Virus record (IMG/VR): IMGVR_UViG_3300034008_000048
Coordinates: 1 to 46,127 of that record
DNA length: 46,127 nt
Origin: a virus
Taxonomy: Duplodnaviria; Caudoviricetes
Strand: one strand, 5' to 3'
Of this stretch, positions 45,139 to 46,127 are shown one piece after another; the stretch's first letter is position 1; each line of letters opens with the position of its first letter. Both the position numbers and the translations under genes were made by a program. The notes under the pieces were generated by a model. The model was not told the origin of the DNA, searched no databases, and was given only the letters and a program-made list of their open reading frames with translations.

Positions 45139-46127
45139 ATGCAAGACACCTCACAGGTCTACAAAGACCAACTACTCACCAACGTATTCCTCGGATACAA
45201 GCAGCAGGGCTTCGTCGCTGAAGAAATTTTGCCGACACTGAACGTGCCCGATCTGACCGGCGTCGCGTTCCAGCTCGACGAGACCCACCTCCGCGCGCCC
45301 GCGCCAGGGCTGTCAGAACGCACTGGCTTCGCCCGCGCCAACCGCATCAATCTGAACCTGAGCCAGGTCCCTTACGGTCCACTGCGTGAGCACTCGCTAG
45401 AGATTGGCGTCACCGACTTGCTGCGACGCGTCTACCGGAACAACGTGCTCACCCCTGAGATCAACGCGACCAACGCCGTCAGCGGCCAGCTCTTGATTGA
45501 AAAGGAAGTAGCAGTCCGCGACCAGCTGACGACGGCCGCCAACTTCCCTTCAAGCAACAAGGTGACCTTGAGCGGCACCAGTCAGTTCGACAACGCTGCC
45601 TCTGACCCGGTCGCGCTAGCTACTACTGCAAGACGCGCGGTGAAGCTGGGATGCGGCAACGACGCCAACGTTGTGATCATGAACCCTGACGTTCGTGACG
45701 CCCTGCGCAACAACGCTGCGGTCAAAGCACGTATCCAGTACGCCTCGAAGCTGACACGCGACGAGTTGGACGCTCAAATCGCTGACCTGCTTGGCGTAGA
45801 GCGGATCATCGTCGCCAGTGCCGTCACCACGACCCAAGTCGAGGGCAGCACCACAGCCGGTACTAAGAGCTACATCTGGTCTGACGACATGCTGTTCGCC
45901 TACGTCACCCCCGCACCAGCGCTCGAGACGCTGTCGCTTGGTTACCTGCTTCGCCTTGATCCCGCGAACGAAGTGCCAAACGAAACGGGACGCCCCGTCT
46001 TCGTCGGAGTCGACAAGTGGTATGAGCAATCTCGTAAGAGCACGTTCATCCGCGCCAACGACTTCTACCTGCCATGGACCGTCGCCAGCACTGCCGGCTA
46101 CTTGGTCAAAGACACCTTAAGCACGTT
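45139..46127 (+). CDS. Major capsid protein (330 aa, completes at 128-131 across the junction; absent from ORF track)
   Basis: ATG 45139 MQDTSQVYKDQLLTNV...; open to window end and in frame with TAG at 129-131; synteny. Confidence 0.9.
   Translation, partial: MQDTSQVYKDQLLTNVFLGYKQQGFVAEEILPTLNVPDLTGVAFQLDETHLRAPAPGLSERTGFARANRINLNLSQVPYGPLREHSLEIGVTDLLRRVYRNNVLTPEINATNAVSGQLLIEKEVAVRDQLTTAANFPSSNKVTLSGTSQFDNAASDPVALATTARRAVKLGCGNDANVVIMNPDVRDALRNNAAVKARIQYASKLTRDELDAQIADLLGVERIIVASAVTTTQVEGSTTAGTKSYIWSDDMLFAYVTPAPALETLSLGYLLRLDPANEVPNETGRPVFVGVDKWYEQSRKSTFIRANDFYLPWTVASTAGYLVKDTLST

Overview
The window is a complete, circularly assembled temperate tailed-phage genome. Bases 1-127 are identical to 46001-46127, giving a 46,000-bp unit cut inside the major capsid gene. 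Lsr2, WhiB, a large serine integrase and TANNNT/leaderless-type promoters point to an actinobacterial host (inference). The late region has terminase, a Mu-like head module (portal, gpF, protease/scaffold), a fibre-like cluster placed before the neck genes, a non-contractile tail with a -1 frameshifted chaperone, and M23 endolysin/holin. The non-structural half is unusual in four ways. (i) A leftward, largely translationally coupled operon contains three single-zinc-finger microproteins and ends in a VirD4/TraD-like coupling ATPase plus a replication-relaxation family nuclease, while no helicase, primase, polymerase or replication initiator is recognisable. (ii) A ~1.3-kb island without credible ORFs appears to encode two promoter- and terminator-bounded structured RNAs: a ~1-kb ornate RNA with an embedded tRNA-like domain, and a ~290-nt multibranch RNA. 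(iii) A structured leader carries a loop complementary to the downstream Shine-Dalgarno sequence. (iv) There is also a convergent restriction-modification pair, ArdC, two Lsr2-type proteins and several membrane morons. All family calls come from motif recognition by eye; no searches or folding programs were run.
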